DNA from: a virus
Direction: 5' to 3' (one strand)
Length of the DNA: 64,000 nucleotides
IMG/VR virus record: IMGVR_UViG_3300042868_003730
Location: 83,922-147,921 of that record
A model generated the notes under the pieces. The model did not search any database. It had not been told where the DNA came from and saw only the letters and a list, made by a program, of their open reading frames with translations. Below, piece after piece: positions 49,835 to 59,088 of this stretch. Each line of letters opens with the position of its first letter. Positions within the stretch are counted from its first letter, which is position 1. A program made the position numbers and the translations under genes.

Positions 49835-50395
49835 ATGACTACAATCGGTAGAAAGTATGATAGCGGGAAGCCAGAGTTTTCGTTGCTTCCACCCTGGGCT
49901 CTTGAGTCCGTGGCGAAGGTTCTTACATTCGGTGCTGAGAAATATGATATTGACAACTGGAAGCATGTAAGCAATGGTGAATATCGGTATCGGAATGCTG
50001 CGCTCCGTCATATCAATGACTATGTCAAGGGTGAAAAGACTGATCCAGAGAGCGGATGTAATCACCTTGCTCACGCTATTTGCTGCCTTATGTTCATTCT
50101 GGATGCAGATGAATCTGGTCAAGCACTAGCACCAGCAGAGAATAAAGCAGCTGGTCCAAAGTGGTTTGATGTTTCGCAAATGAATATCAACTATGCATTC
50201 TCTACTCCTCCTGCGAAGGAAACTCTGTTTCCCTTTATTTCTGATGTATGCCTATCGCCTACTCAGGAGGTTATGAGGTATGATAGTGTAACTAGTAATA
50301 CAGATACATACAAAGCGAATTATGAGTTCCAGAATCGCAGTTCAGTTCATCTGGCTGGTATCGCTAGGCCAGTTGGCGCAGTTGGCGCAGAATGA
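49835..50395 (+). CDS. DUF5664-type dATP/dGTP diphosphohydrolase-like protein
   Basis: GRKYDSGKP...VLTFGAEKY..DNW...DPESG.NHLAHAICCLMF. Confidence 0.8.
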   Translation: MTTIGRKYDSGKPEFSLLPPWALESVAKVLTFGAEKYDIDNWKHVSNGEYRYRNAALRHINDYVKGEKTDPESGCNHLAHAICCLMFILDADESGQALAPAENKAAGPKWFDVSQMNINYAFSTPPAKETLFPFISDVCLSPTQEVMRYDSVTSNTDTYKANYEFQNRSSVHLAGIARPVGAVGAE

Positions 50396-50425
50396 AGTAA
50401 TCTGTAATTAAACAATAAGGAAAAT

Positions 50426-51085
50426 ATGAAAATTTCAAAAGAGACCGTGCAGATCCTGAAGAGTTTCAGCGGTATTAACTCAAACATTATGATTCGGCAA
50501 GGCAATCGTCTTGCTACTATTAGCCCACAGAAGAATGTGATGGCAGATGCTGCAGTTGCTGAGACTTTCCCAGCTGACTTCGGTATCTATGATCTTTCTG
50601 AGTTCCTCGGTGCGTTGTCGCTGTTCGATGATCCGGATGTTAGCTTCGAAGGTAAGACTGTCTTGTTGAGTGAAGGTAATGATAGCATTCGCTATTACGC
50701 AGCAGATACTTCTGTTCTGACCATTCCTCCGGAAAAGAAGATTACCTTTCCAACACCAGATGTTGATTTCGTTCTTCCTGCCGCTGTGCTTACGAAAGCA
50801 ATTCGTACTGCATCAGTTCTGAAGGCAGCAGATGTTAGCGTTGTTGGTGAGAATGGTGTTCTGAAGATTGTCGTCGGTGATCTGAAGAATGCGACTGCCA
50901 ACAGCTACAATGTTAATATCGGTTCTACTGATATTACTTTCCGAGCTAATCTGAAGGTCGATAACCTGAAGATGATTCATCAGGATTATGCTGTGTCAAT
51001 CTCTTCGAAGAAGATTAGTCGATGGGTCGCGACCAGTGGTGATATGACTGTGTTCGTTGCTCTGGAGAGTAGCTCGACGTTCTAA
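50426..51085 (+). CDS. 45: Sliding clamp gp45
   Basis: MKISKET..ILKSFSGINSNI, FGIYDLSEFL, FVALE. Confidence 0.95.
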   Translation: MKISKETVQILKSFSGINSNIMIRQGNRLATISPQKNVMADAAVAETFPADFGIYDLSEFLGALSLFDDPDVSFEGKTVLLSEGNDSIRYYAADTSVLTIPPEKKITFPTPDVDFVLPAAVLTKAIRTASVLKAADVSVVGENGVLKIVVGDLKNATANSYNVNIGSTDITFRANLKVDNLKMIHQDYAVSISSKKISRWVATSGDMTVFVALESSSTF

Positions 51086-51153
51086 ATTATTTTGATTTGC
51101 AGGGCGACTGGCGTATGATTGCACAGTCGCCCTTATTTATTATGGAGTATTGA

Positions 51154-52092
51154 ATGTCAGATATTAACATGATGGTTTGGTCTGAGTTCTATCGACCAAC
51201 CACTATTGAAGAGTGCATTCTTCCAGCTGAGACAAAGAAGTCTTTGATGGAAGCAATCGCATCTGGGAATGTTCCCCACATTCTTATGTATGGTCCAGCG
51301 GGTACGGGCAAGACTTCTGCCTGTCGTGCCATCGCTAATGCACTTGGTGCTGACCTAATGTATATCAATGCCTCTCTTGAGCGCAGTATTGATATTATTC
51401 GTAATCAGGTTGTTTCGTTTAGTTCCTCTGTGTCATTCTCTGGTGGTTTGAAGATCGTTCTCCTCGATGAGTTCGATGGTATGCCTCCACTTCAGCAGAA
51501 TGCATTGAAGGGTGTTATTGAAGAGTTCCCGAATGCCAGGTTCTTCTTTACTAGTAATCACGTAAATAAGATCATTGATCCGATCAAGTCTCGTTGTGTA
51601 AATATCAATTTCAAGATTGATAATGCAGAGAAGCCAAAACTTGCATCTAAATTCTTCAAGAGAGTTACGCATATCCTCAAGGAAAGGAATGTTGAGTTCC
51701 AGACGGATGTGGTCGCGGAACTAGTCACTAAATACTTTCCTGATTTCCGCCGAACTCTGAATGAACTTCAGCGTTATGCTATCAGTGGTAAGATTGATTC
51801 TGGTATTCTGTTGAATCATTCTTCTGAGACGTTCAAAGAATTGTTCAATGCGATTCGTGATAAGAACTTCAAGGATCTGCGTAAGTGGGTTGCTTCGAAT
51901 ACTGATATCGACCCACAGGTATTGTTTCGTGATATCTATGATAATGGAAATGATTTGTTCGAGCCGAACTGTCTACCATCGATCATTCTGATCTTGGCTG
52001 ACTATTCCTTTAAGGCAACCCACTCAGTTGATGCAGAGATCCTTGTTACTGCTGCGATGACTGAAATTATGATGATTGCGAAGTTCAAATGA
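51154..52092 (+). CDS. 44: Clamp loader large subunit gp44
   Basis: YRPTTIEECILP, GPAGTGKT, LLDEFD, SRC, FPDFRRTLNELQRY. Confidence 0.95.
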   Translation: MSDINMMVWSEFYRPTTIEECILPAETKKSLMEAIASGNVPHILMYGPAGTGKTSACRAIANALGADLMYINASLERSIDIIRNQVVSFSSSVSFSGGLKIVLLDEFDGMPPLQQNALKGVIEEFPNARFFFTSNHVNKIIDPIKSRCVNINFKIDNAEKPKLASKFFKRVTHILKERNVEFQTDVVAELVTKYFPDFRRTLNELQRYAISGKIDSGILLNHSSETFKELFNAIRDKNFKDLRKWVASNTDIDPQVLFRDIYDNGNDLFEPNCLPSIILILADYSFKATHSVDAEILVTAAMTEIMMIAKFK

Positions 52093-52382
52093 TGGAAGTA
52101 CTTCTTTATTCTACAATTTTTATTATTGCTGTCGTCATACTTGAACGGTATGGGCAATACTGCTATAAACTTGGTGTGATGAGTTCAAAGGGTGCTCTGA
52201 ATATTCTTTGTGAAGAGACTAAGGATGGGTTTATCTTCTATAATCTATTGACAGAAACATTCATCTGCCAGTCAACTGCATATGATGAGGGTGTTACTAT
52301 GCTTAAACTAAAGCACCCATCTATTGACATTGTTGTTAGTATGGCACCTATGCGATCCAGGATAATTGATGAAACCATTTGA
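52089..52382 (+). CDS. Hypothetical membrane-anchored protein inserted between gp44 and gp62
   Basis: 97 aa with N-terminal TM. Overlaps both neighbours. Confidence 0.55.
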   Translation: MMEVLLYSTIFIIAVVILERYGQYCYKLGVMSSKGALNILCEETKDGFIFYNLLTETFICQSTAYDEGVTMLKLKHPSIDIVVSMAPMRSRIIDETI

Positions 52383-52755
52383 ATATGTCAACGCAATATG
52401 CGCATCAAGGGATGACTACTGGGAGGATGGTGTATCTGAATCTGAGTATGAGCCATTCCTAGTCAATCGTGCTCTCTCGCATCACTATGATACTGTGATG
52501 TATGCCCAGGAAATGAATGCCAGGTCGCACATAAGTAAGAAGATGCAGTATGACTTCCTACGTATCGGTGTTCAACCAAAGAAGAAGCGATTTGCGAAGT
52601 GGGATAAACAGAAAGATGAGAACATTGAGTTGATTCAGAAGGTATACGGAGTCTCATACAAGACTGCGATCTCCTATGCAGCTATATTAAATAATGATGA
52701 TTTAGAAAAACTAAAATCATCATTATGTAAAGGCGGATTGGGAAATGCAAAATAA
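52369..52755 (+). CDS. 62: Clamp loader small subunit gp62
   Basis: PFEYVNAI, YEPFLVNRALS, QYDFL, KKRFAKW, C-terminal KGG. Confidence 0.9.
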   Translation: MKPFEYVNAICASRDDYWEDGVSESEYEPFLVNRALSHHYDTVMYAQEMNARSHISKKMQYDFLRIGVQPKKKRFAKWDKQKDENIELIQKVYGVSYKTAISYAAILNNDDLEKLKSSLCKGGLGNAK

Positions 52756-53197
52756 TTATGCGTTAGATGTGTATGTAGAATGGACTCCGGAGAAAATGCT
52801 CGAGGTGAATATCACTGACCCAGATTCGTTTCTGAAGATCAGAGAAACTCTTTCTCGTATTGGTATCGCTAGTAAAAAGGACTTCATCCTTTATCCGTCT
52901 TGTCATATTCTACACAAAAGAGGGAAGTATTATATCGTTCACTTCAAAGAGATGTTTGCGCTTGAGGGTAAGCAAAGTGACATTACTGTTGAAGATCTTG
53001 TACGAAGAAATACCATTGCTAAATTGTTAGAACAATGGGGTTTATGTAAAGTTATTCAAGAAGATATTCCAACTACCAATATGTCAAACATTAAGGTAGT
53101 TCCTTACAAAGAAAAGAGTAAGTGGACTTTCAAACCAAAATTCATGATGCTGACAGACCGAATTAAACAACGTCAGAATCAAGAATCGGATGACTAA
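52745..53197 (+). CDS. regA: Translational repressor RegA
   Basis: FLKIRETLSRIGIAS, CHILHKRGKYYIVHFKEMF, RRNTIAKLLEQWGL. Confidence 0.95.
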   Translation: MQNNYALDVYVEWTPEKMLEVNITDPDSFLKIRETLSRIGIASKKDFILYPSCHILHKRGKYYIVHFKEMFALEGKQSDITVEDLVRRNTIAKLLEQWGLCKVIQEDIPTTNMSNIKVVPYKEKSKWTFKPKFMMLTDRIKQRQNQESDD

Positions 53198-53213
53198 TAT
53201 GTTGTCCGTATGC

Positions 53214-53256
53214 GCTCGCCGAAAGGGAGCATCCTCAAACTTTGCCGAAAGGGAAG
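53214..53256 (+). promoter_or_regulatory. Tandem bulged-G hairpins in hsp20 5' UTR (ROSE-like thermometer candidate)
   Basis: GCTC-G-CC-GAAA-GG-GAGC and CTTT-G-CC-GAAA-GG-GAAG. The second hairpin covers the likely RBS. Confidence 0.5.
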
Positions 53257-53259
53257 AAA

Positions 53260-53736
53260 ATGACTGATTTACAAAAAGTGTTTGGTGATATCGTTCGTAG
53301 TAGCGTTGGTATGGAGAAGTTCATGGATGCGCATAAGCAAATTGCTGATGTTGCTTCTAAAATGAATTCTCACTTTCCAGCATACAATATCAAGAAGGTC
53401 GAAGAAAACAAATATGAAGTAGAACTTGCTATCGCTGGTTACACTATTAGTGATGTCTCGATTGAACTTGAGAAGAATGTATTGTCTATTCGTTCTGAGA
53501 AACAAGACCTAGGTGCTCTTGCTGATTCCTTTATCTACAAGGGATTCACCTACAAGGGTTTCAACCGATCATTTACTCTTGAAGATAATGTTCGTGTTGA
53601 AGATGCTGAGTTGGTTAATGGATTGCTTAAGATTTATCTTGAGCGTCTGGTACCAGAAGCACAGAAGGCGAAGAAAATTGATATTCGTCAACCTTCAGAG
53701 AAGTCTACAAAGACTGTTCTGAATGAAGATGTCTAA
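53260..53736 (+). CDS. Small heat-shock protein Hsp20 (IbpA-like)
   Basis: FPAYNIKK...YEVELAIAG...FNRSFTL...AELVNGLLKI.L...PEAQKAKKIDI. Confidence 0.92.
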   Translation: MTDLQKVFGDIVRSSVGMEKFMDAHKQIADVASKMNSHFPAYNIKKVEENKYEVELAIAGYTISDVSIELEKNVLSIRSEKQDLGALADSFIYKGFTYKGFNRSFTLEDNVRVEDAELVNGLLKIYLERLVPEAQKAKKIDIRQPSEKSTKTVLNEDV

Positions 53737-53745
53737 AGAGTGAAT

Positions 53746-53771
53746 GATGGGCTGGTTTCCAGCCCATCTTT
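53746..53771 (+). terminator. Terminator after hsp20
   Basis: GATGGGCTGG-TTT-CCAGCCCATC followed by TTT. Confidence 0.7.
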
Positions 53772-53774
53772 CCT

Positions 53775-53981
53775 ATGATCAATAAACTAACTATATTTCC
53801 TGTGCTTATGCGAGACGATTGGTTGTTTCGCATAAGCATAAGTGACAGCAGTAACATAATGCTTATTGTTCTTAATGTCAAGGATCCGAATATCTTTATG
53901 ATGCGTTACTTCTCTGATTCAGATGAAGCGATTGCATTTATTGATGAAGCAGCTGCGGGTAAGCATATAGATTATTTTTGA
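53775..53981 (+). CDS. Hypothetical protein
   Basis: 68 aa ORF filling the gap before dexA. Confidence 0.5.
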   Translation: MINKLTIFPVLMRDDWLFRISISDSSNIMLIVLNVKDPNIFMMRYFSDSDEAIAFIDEAAAGKHIDYF

Positions 53982-53990
53982 GGATTTATT

Positions 53991-54569
53991 ATGTTCTGTT
54001 TAGATATCGAAACGCTCGCGGTTGAAAGCACCGCAGTAATTCTCTCTGTTGGTATGTCTTATGTTTCTAATACAGAACCAAAGAGCTACCAAGAAATTCT
54101 TGACAATTCAATTTTCGTTAAGTTGAATGCCAAAGAGCAAGTAGCGAATAATAGATTCGTTGACAAAGATACGGTTGCGTGGTGGAATAAGCAATGCGAC
54201 TTCGCAAAGGAACGCAACTATTACCCAAAGAAAACTGACTTCTCTGTTGCAGAGGGGATTACTGTTCTTCAGAAATGGGTAAATGAACGAGCAAAGAAAG
54301 ACGATCTCTGCTGGATTCGAGGTAGTCTTGACCAGATGTGCCTTGATTCGTTGTTTAAGTCAGTTGGCGCAGAACCTCTCTTTAGGTTTAATATGTATCG
54401 AGATGTTCGGACTGCAATTGATATTATGTATCCAGAGACATCGAAGAATGGGTATGTGGATGTTGACCCAGAACTATGCCTGGGGTTTGACCGAGATCAA
54501 GTCCTTAAGCACTCACCCGAACATGACACTTCATATGATCTGGCTATGATCCTATTCGGTAAGCAGTAA
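53991..54569 (+). CDS. DEDDh 3'-5' exonuclease, DexA-like
   Basis: LDIETL, TVAWW.KQ, W.RG..D, RDVRT, H....D motifs. Confidence 0.8.
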   Translation: MFCLDIETLAVESTAVILSVGMSYVSNTEPKSYQEILDNSIFVKLNAKEQVANNRFVDKDTVAWWNKQCDFAKERNYYPKKTDFSVAEGITVLQKWVNERAKKDDLCWIRGSLDQMCLDSLFKSVGAEPLFRFNMYRDVRTAIDIMYPETSKNGYVDVDPELCLGFDRDQVLKHSPEHDTSYDLAMILFGKQ

Positions 54570-54575
54570 GTTTAT

Positions 54576-54616
54576 TTTACTTCTGACCCAACAGCAGGTA
54601 TACTTGTACCTGCTGT
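54576..54616 (+). promoter_or_regulatory. Promoter for gp43 with -10 inside a 10-bp inverted repeat
   Basis: TTTACT-17 bp-TATACT. ACAGCAGGTA-tacttg-TACCTGCTGT. Confidence 0.7.
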
Positions 54617-54638
54617 AATTATTTTATGGAGAAGAATA

Positions 54639-57143
54639 TTGAATGATTCGTTTTATACGAACGTAGAGATCTTCGGTAATACCGTTATGACACGCGAAGT
54701 GATCAATGGTGTTCGCCAGAAGTCCAAAGAACAGTGGCAGCCGACGTTGTTTCTCAAAGACAACAACAATACTGAGAGTGTGTTCAAGAGTCTGTATGGC
54801 GATCCTGTGAAGGAAATCGTCGCAGGTAATATCCGTGAGACCAAGGACTTCATCAAGCAATATGATGGAGTGGATGGGTTCTCGATCTTTGGTCAGTTGA
54901 ACTTTACTCTGCAGTATCTCAACAATCGCTACCCACAGGCGATTACTCCAGATATGAATAATCTTTCTATCTGGTCAATTGACATTGAGACGCGCACAGG
55001 CGATGAGGGATTCCCTAAGCCAGAGACAGCGAACGAAGAAGTTGTTCTCATTACGCTGCAGAACGTAAAGACCAAAACCTGCTATACATTTGGCAAGGGT
55101 ACGTATATTGGTTATGCTGGCTATGATTCTAAATTCGTAAGTTGTGCCGATGAGTATTCACTGTTGAAGCAATTCCTGATGTTCTGGGAATTTTCTGACA
55201 TTGACATCATTACTGGCTGGAACATTGAGTTCTTCGACATTCCTTATCTGATCAATCGAATCAAGCGCATCCTGGGTGAAGATGCAATGAAGAAGATGAG
55301 TCCTTGGGGATTCGTCAGCGCAGAGATGCAGTCTTATCGTGGTAAAGAAGAAATGACTGTTGACATCAAGGGTATCGCTATCCTTGACTACTTGGCTCTG
55401 TACAAGAAGTTTACGTATACGAAGCAAGAGAGTTATTCTCTGAAGTATATCGCCGCTGAAGAACTAGGTCATACGAAGGTGGATCTTCCAGGTGACACTT
55501 TCAATGATAACATCGATCATCACTGGAATGACTTTGTTCATTACAACATCGTAGATACGCAGCTGGTAACTGAACTCGAGGATAAGTTGAAATTGCTTGA
55601 GTTGATCATTACGATGGCGTATCAGGCGAAGATCAACTTTACAGATGTGTTCAGTCCAGTAAAGATGTGGGATGCTCTGATTCATAATTCGCTGTTGCGC
55701 GAAAAGATCGTTGTGCCGCAGCGTGGGCATACTGGTAGTAGAAGCATCGATGGTGCTTATGTGAAGGAACCTCTCACTGGTAAGTACAACTGGATCGTCA
55801 GTCTTGATGCTACCTCGTTGTATCCAAGTATTATGATGTCATTGAATATCAGTCCTGAGACTTTCGCTGGTCGTACTGACATAAATATGGATTCTCTGCT
55901 AAAAGATTCAAGCATTACTTCTCCTTACGTTGACTCAGGTGCTGCTATTTCTCCTATCGGCGCAATGTTTACCAAAGAAAAGATTGGTATTCTTCCTCGA
56001 TTGATTAAGGAAATGATGGCAGCGAGAAAGACAGCAAAGAGTCAGATGCTTGGGCTTGAGTCCGAGTATGAGAAGTCAAAGGATGAGTCATTGCTTCCGA
56101 AGATCTCTGCTTTGAATAATCAACAGATGGCTGCGAAGATTGCATTGAATAGTCTTTACGGTGCTACGGCGAATGAAGGTTTCCGATTCTTTAATCCAGA
56201 TGTCGCTGAGTCAATTACTATCACTGGTCAATACATTCTCAAGAAGATTGAAGTTGCATTGGACATTGCTCTGAATAAGAAGTTCAATACTGGTGATCAT
56301 AAGTATCTTGTATATGTTGATACTGACTCTGTGTATGTGAATATGAAGCCAGTTGTTGATAAGTTCTTGGAAGGCAGACCAACATCAGATATCGTTCGTG
56401 CTCTAGAGAATGTAGCGAAGGATATTCTTCAGAATGAGATCAATAAGATTTGCGCTGAGGTAGCAGATACGCTTGGGTTCTTTGAAAACAAAATCCACTT
56501 CAAACTTGAAGCAGTTGGTGACACTGCTATCTGGTGCGCAAAGAAGAAGTATATTGTTCGCGTGCATTCTTCGGAAGGTGTTACTTATGCCAAGCCAAAG
56601 TTTAAGGTAATGGGTCTTGAGATGGTTCGTTCATCGACTCCTGCATTCATTCGTGGTAAGTTACGCGAGTCTCTTGTGCAGGTATTTGATGGTACAGAGA
56701 AGACCGTGCAGTTGTTTATTAGTGATGCACGTGAAGAGTTTAATAAACTTCCTATCTCTGCCATTGCCTTTCCTCGTACTGCCAATTCCATTGATGAATA
56801 TGCGGATAGTAATTCGATTTACAAGAAGGCAACTCCTATTCACGTAAGAGGTGTTCTGTTATATAATGAGATCGTAAAGAGGAAGAAACTTCAGAGCAAG
56901 TATCCTCTGATAAATGATGGCGACAAGATTAAGTTTATGTATCTGACGATGCCAAATCCACTGAAGGAAAATATCATTGCGATTCCTGCTGATGGAATTC
57001 TTCCTCCGGATCTTGGTTTGCATGAGTATGTTGATTATGAGATGCAATTCCAAAAGAGTTTCATCAATGCAATGGATATTGTTCTCCAGCCGATCGGTTG
57101 GACTTCTGAAGAAACAAGTTCCCTTGAGAGCTTCTTCGGATAA
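54639..57143 (+). CDS. 43: Family B DNA polymerase gp43
   Basis: DIET, GWNIEFFD, SLDATSLYPS, KIALNSLYG, YVDTDS, KKKY. TTG start with GGAG RBS. Confidence 0.97.
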   Translation: MNDSFYTNVEIFGNTVMTREVINGVRQKSKEQWQPTLFLKDNNNTESVFKSLYGDPVKEIVAGNIRETKDFIKQYDGVDGFSIFGQLNFTLQYLNNRYPQAITPDMNNLSIWSIDIETRTGDEGFPKPETANEEVVLITLQNVKTKTCYTFGKGTYIGYAGYDSKFVSCADEYSLLKQFLMFWEFSDIDIITGWNIEFFDIPYLINRIKRILGEDAMKKMSPWGFVSAEMQSYRGKEEMTVDIKGIAILDYLALYKKFTYTKQESYSLKYIAAEELGHTKVDLPGDTFNDNIDHHWNDFVHYNIVDTQLVTELEDKLKLLELIITMAYQAKINFTDVFSPVKMWDALIHNSLLREKIVVPQRGHTGSRSIDGAYVKEPLTGKYNWIVSLDATSLYPSIMMSLNISPETFAGRTDINMDSLLKDSSITSPYVDSGAAISPIGAMFTKEKIGILPRLIKEMMAARKTAKSQMLGLESEYEKSKDESLLPKISALNNQQMAAKIALNSLYGATANEGFRFFNPDVAESITITGQYILKKIEVALDIALNKKFNTGDHKYLVYVDTDSVYVNMKPVVDKFLEGRPTSDIVRALENVAKDILQNEINKICAEVADTLGFFENKIHFKLEAVGDTAIWCAKKKYIVRVHSSEGVTYAKPKFKVMGLEMVRSSTPAFIRGKLRESLVQVFDGTEKTVQLFISDAREEFNKLPISAIAFPRTANSIDEYADSNSIYKKATPIHVRGVLLYNEIVKRKKLQSKYPLINDGDKIKFMYLTMPNPLKENIIAIPADGILPPDLGLHEYVDYEMQFQKSFINAMDIVLQPIGWTSEETSSLESFFG

Positions 57144-57203
57144 TTTATTTTGTTTTACCCCTGATACCAAGTATACTTGGTCATCTAATAAGGAGATATA
57201 CCT

Positions 57204-58262
57204 ATGAGTTTGCTTGAACGACTTCGCAAGAATTCAACTATTAAAGATACTGCTATTCTTTCTGATAGCAAGTATTTCACCAAGAAAGATATGATCTCTA
57301 CCTCAATCCCTGCAATGAATATCGCATTGTCAGGTGAGATTGATGGTGGATTTGTTCCTGGTCTTACTTTGTGGTGTGGACCATCAAAGCATTTTAAGTC
57401 CATGTTCTCATTGATTATGGCAAAGGCATATCTGGATAAGTATCCGGAGGCAGTGATGATCTTTTATGACTGTGAGTTCGGCACACCAGCTGCTTACTTT
57501 AAGTCACTGAACATTGATCAAGAACGCATTCTCCATGTTCCTATTATGAATATGGAAGAGTTTAAGTTTGATGTTATCAAGCAGCTTGAGGCATTGAATC
57601 GCGGAGACAAGGTTATCTTTGTTATTGATTCGCTTGGTAATATGTCATCGAAGAAAGAAATGGATGATGCCATTGAAGGTAAGTCTGTTGCGGATATGTC
57701 TCGTGCCAAGCAGATGAAGTCTATCTTCCGTATGATTACTCCATACCTGAATCGTCTGGATATTCCTATGGTTGCTGTCAATCACATCTATATGGAACAA
57801 GGTCTGTATCCAAAGGCAATCGTCTCTGGCGGTACAGGTGTTTACCTTTCAGCTGATAACATCTTTATCCTTGGTCGTCAACAAGAGAAGGAAGGTACTG
57901 AGACTATCGGATACAACTTCATTATCAATGTTGAGAAGTCCAGGTATGTTCGTGAGAAGTCAAAGATTCCTATTGAAGTGAAGTTCGAGGGTGGCGTCTC
58001 TACTTGGTCTGGTCTGCTTGATATTGCTCTTGAGTCTGGTCATGTTATCAAACCTTCAATGGGTTGGTACTCCAGAGTCAATAAAGAGACTGGAGAGATT
58101 GAAGATAAGAAGTGGCGTGCAAAGGACACTGACTCCAAGTTGTTCTGGCAGTCGATTATCTACTCGGCTTCATTCCAGGAATACATCAAGAACTCATATC
58201 AAGTATCCAATGGTGACATTATCACTGATGAAGATATTGACGCAGAACTAGAGGAAGTTTAA
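57204..58262 (+). CDS. uvsX: RecA-like recombinase UvsX
   Basis: NIALSG, GPSKHFKS, FYDCEFG, DSLGN, DMSRAK, VEKSRYVREK. Confidence 0.95.
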   Translation: MSLLERLRKNSTIKDTAILSDSKYFTKKDMISTSIPAMNIALSGEIDGGFVPGLTLWCGPSKHFKSMFSLIMAKAYLDKYPEAVMIFYDCEFGTPAAYFKSLNIDQERILHVPIMNMEEFKFDVIKQLEALNRGDKVIFVIDSLGNMSSKKEMDDAIEGKSVADMSRAKQMKSIFRMITPYLNRLDIPMVAVNHIYMEQGLYPKAIVSGGTGVYLSADNIFILGRQQEKEGTETIGYNFIINVEKSRYVREKSKIPIEVKFEGGVSTWSGLLDIALESGHVIKPSMGWYSRVNKETGEIEDKKWRAKDTDSKLFWQSIIYSASFQEYIKNSYQVSNGDIITDEDIDAELEEV

Positions 58263-58792
58263 TGATTAACATTCGAATTATCGAAAGAGGTATCAATGTC
58301 AAGCCACTGCTGGATGAGGTTCTTTCTCTTCCTCCAGAGACTTGGGTCTCTCATGCAAAAGATACAACGCATAAGATAATCCCTATGACTGTTCCTGTCA
58401 TTTATGAGGGACAAGATACTTCTATCCTTGATTCGAGTGAGACAATCAATACTCCTAATTATTTTAAGTGTCCGAAGATTTTGAATTGGATGCGGCGCAG
58501 GAATTTCTATTACCATACCTGGGCAGGAATCTATAAACTTCCACCAGGTGGTATGGTTCCACCACACAAAGATGATAGCGGTGATTACTACATTGATAAG
58601 ATGCGTTATCATCTTTGCCTTCAAGGTAAGTACCTTTACAAAGTAGAAGGCGATCCAGTTTATACAATTACACCAGGAACTCTTTTCTGGTTTGACTTAC
58701 AGACAACACATAGTGCTGAGTGTATTAGTGATGATGACAGAATTACTTTGTTGTTCGATCTACCTAGACCAGATACCCTTGTTAATCCATAA
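58262..58792 (+). CDS. Aspartyl/asparaginyl beta-hydroxylase-like 2OG-Fe(II) oxygenase
   Basis: LPPGGMVPPHKD, RYHLCL, PGTLFWFD...HSA...DRITLLFD (HxD...H...R). Confidence 0.75.
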   Translation: MINIRIIERGINVKPLLDEVLSLPPETWVSHAKDTTHKIIPMTVPVIYEGQDTSILDSSETINTPNYFKCPKILNWMRRRNFYYHTWAGIYKLPPGGMVPPHKDDSGDYYIDKMRYHLCLQGKYLYKVEGDPVYTITPGTLFWFDLQTTHSAECISDDDRITLLFDLPRPDTLVNP

Positions 58793-58803
58793 GAGAGGTG
58801 AAT

Positions 58804-59088
58804 ATGATTTTAGATCAAATTGAATTAGTACAGGATGCAGAACCAGACAAGATTAGACCGATTAGAATTATCGAAGGTGAATTTGAAGGTTTGGTAGTTA
58901 GGTTTGGGCGCGCATGGTTTCCAGAAACTGGGGAAAATAATCTTTCCTTTGAGATTGACATACTTGAGGGTACAATTGAGTCTGAGCAGGAACCTCGTTT
59001 ACACGATTTCCTTGGCCAGATCTTAATGGCATTTATCCAAGAAGAAATGAAACGCGAAGAAAGAAACAATGACAAATCTGAGAATTGA
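58804..59088 (+). CDS. Hypothetical protein at gp40 position
   Basis: Acidic protein of about 94 aa between the uvsX region and gp41. GAGG RBS. Confidence 0.5.
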   Translation: MILDQIELVQDAEPDKIRPIRIIEGEFEGLVVRFGRAWFPETGENNLSFEIDILEGTIESEQEPRLHDFLGQILMAFIQEEMKREERNNDKSEN

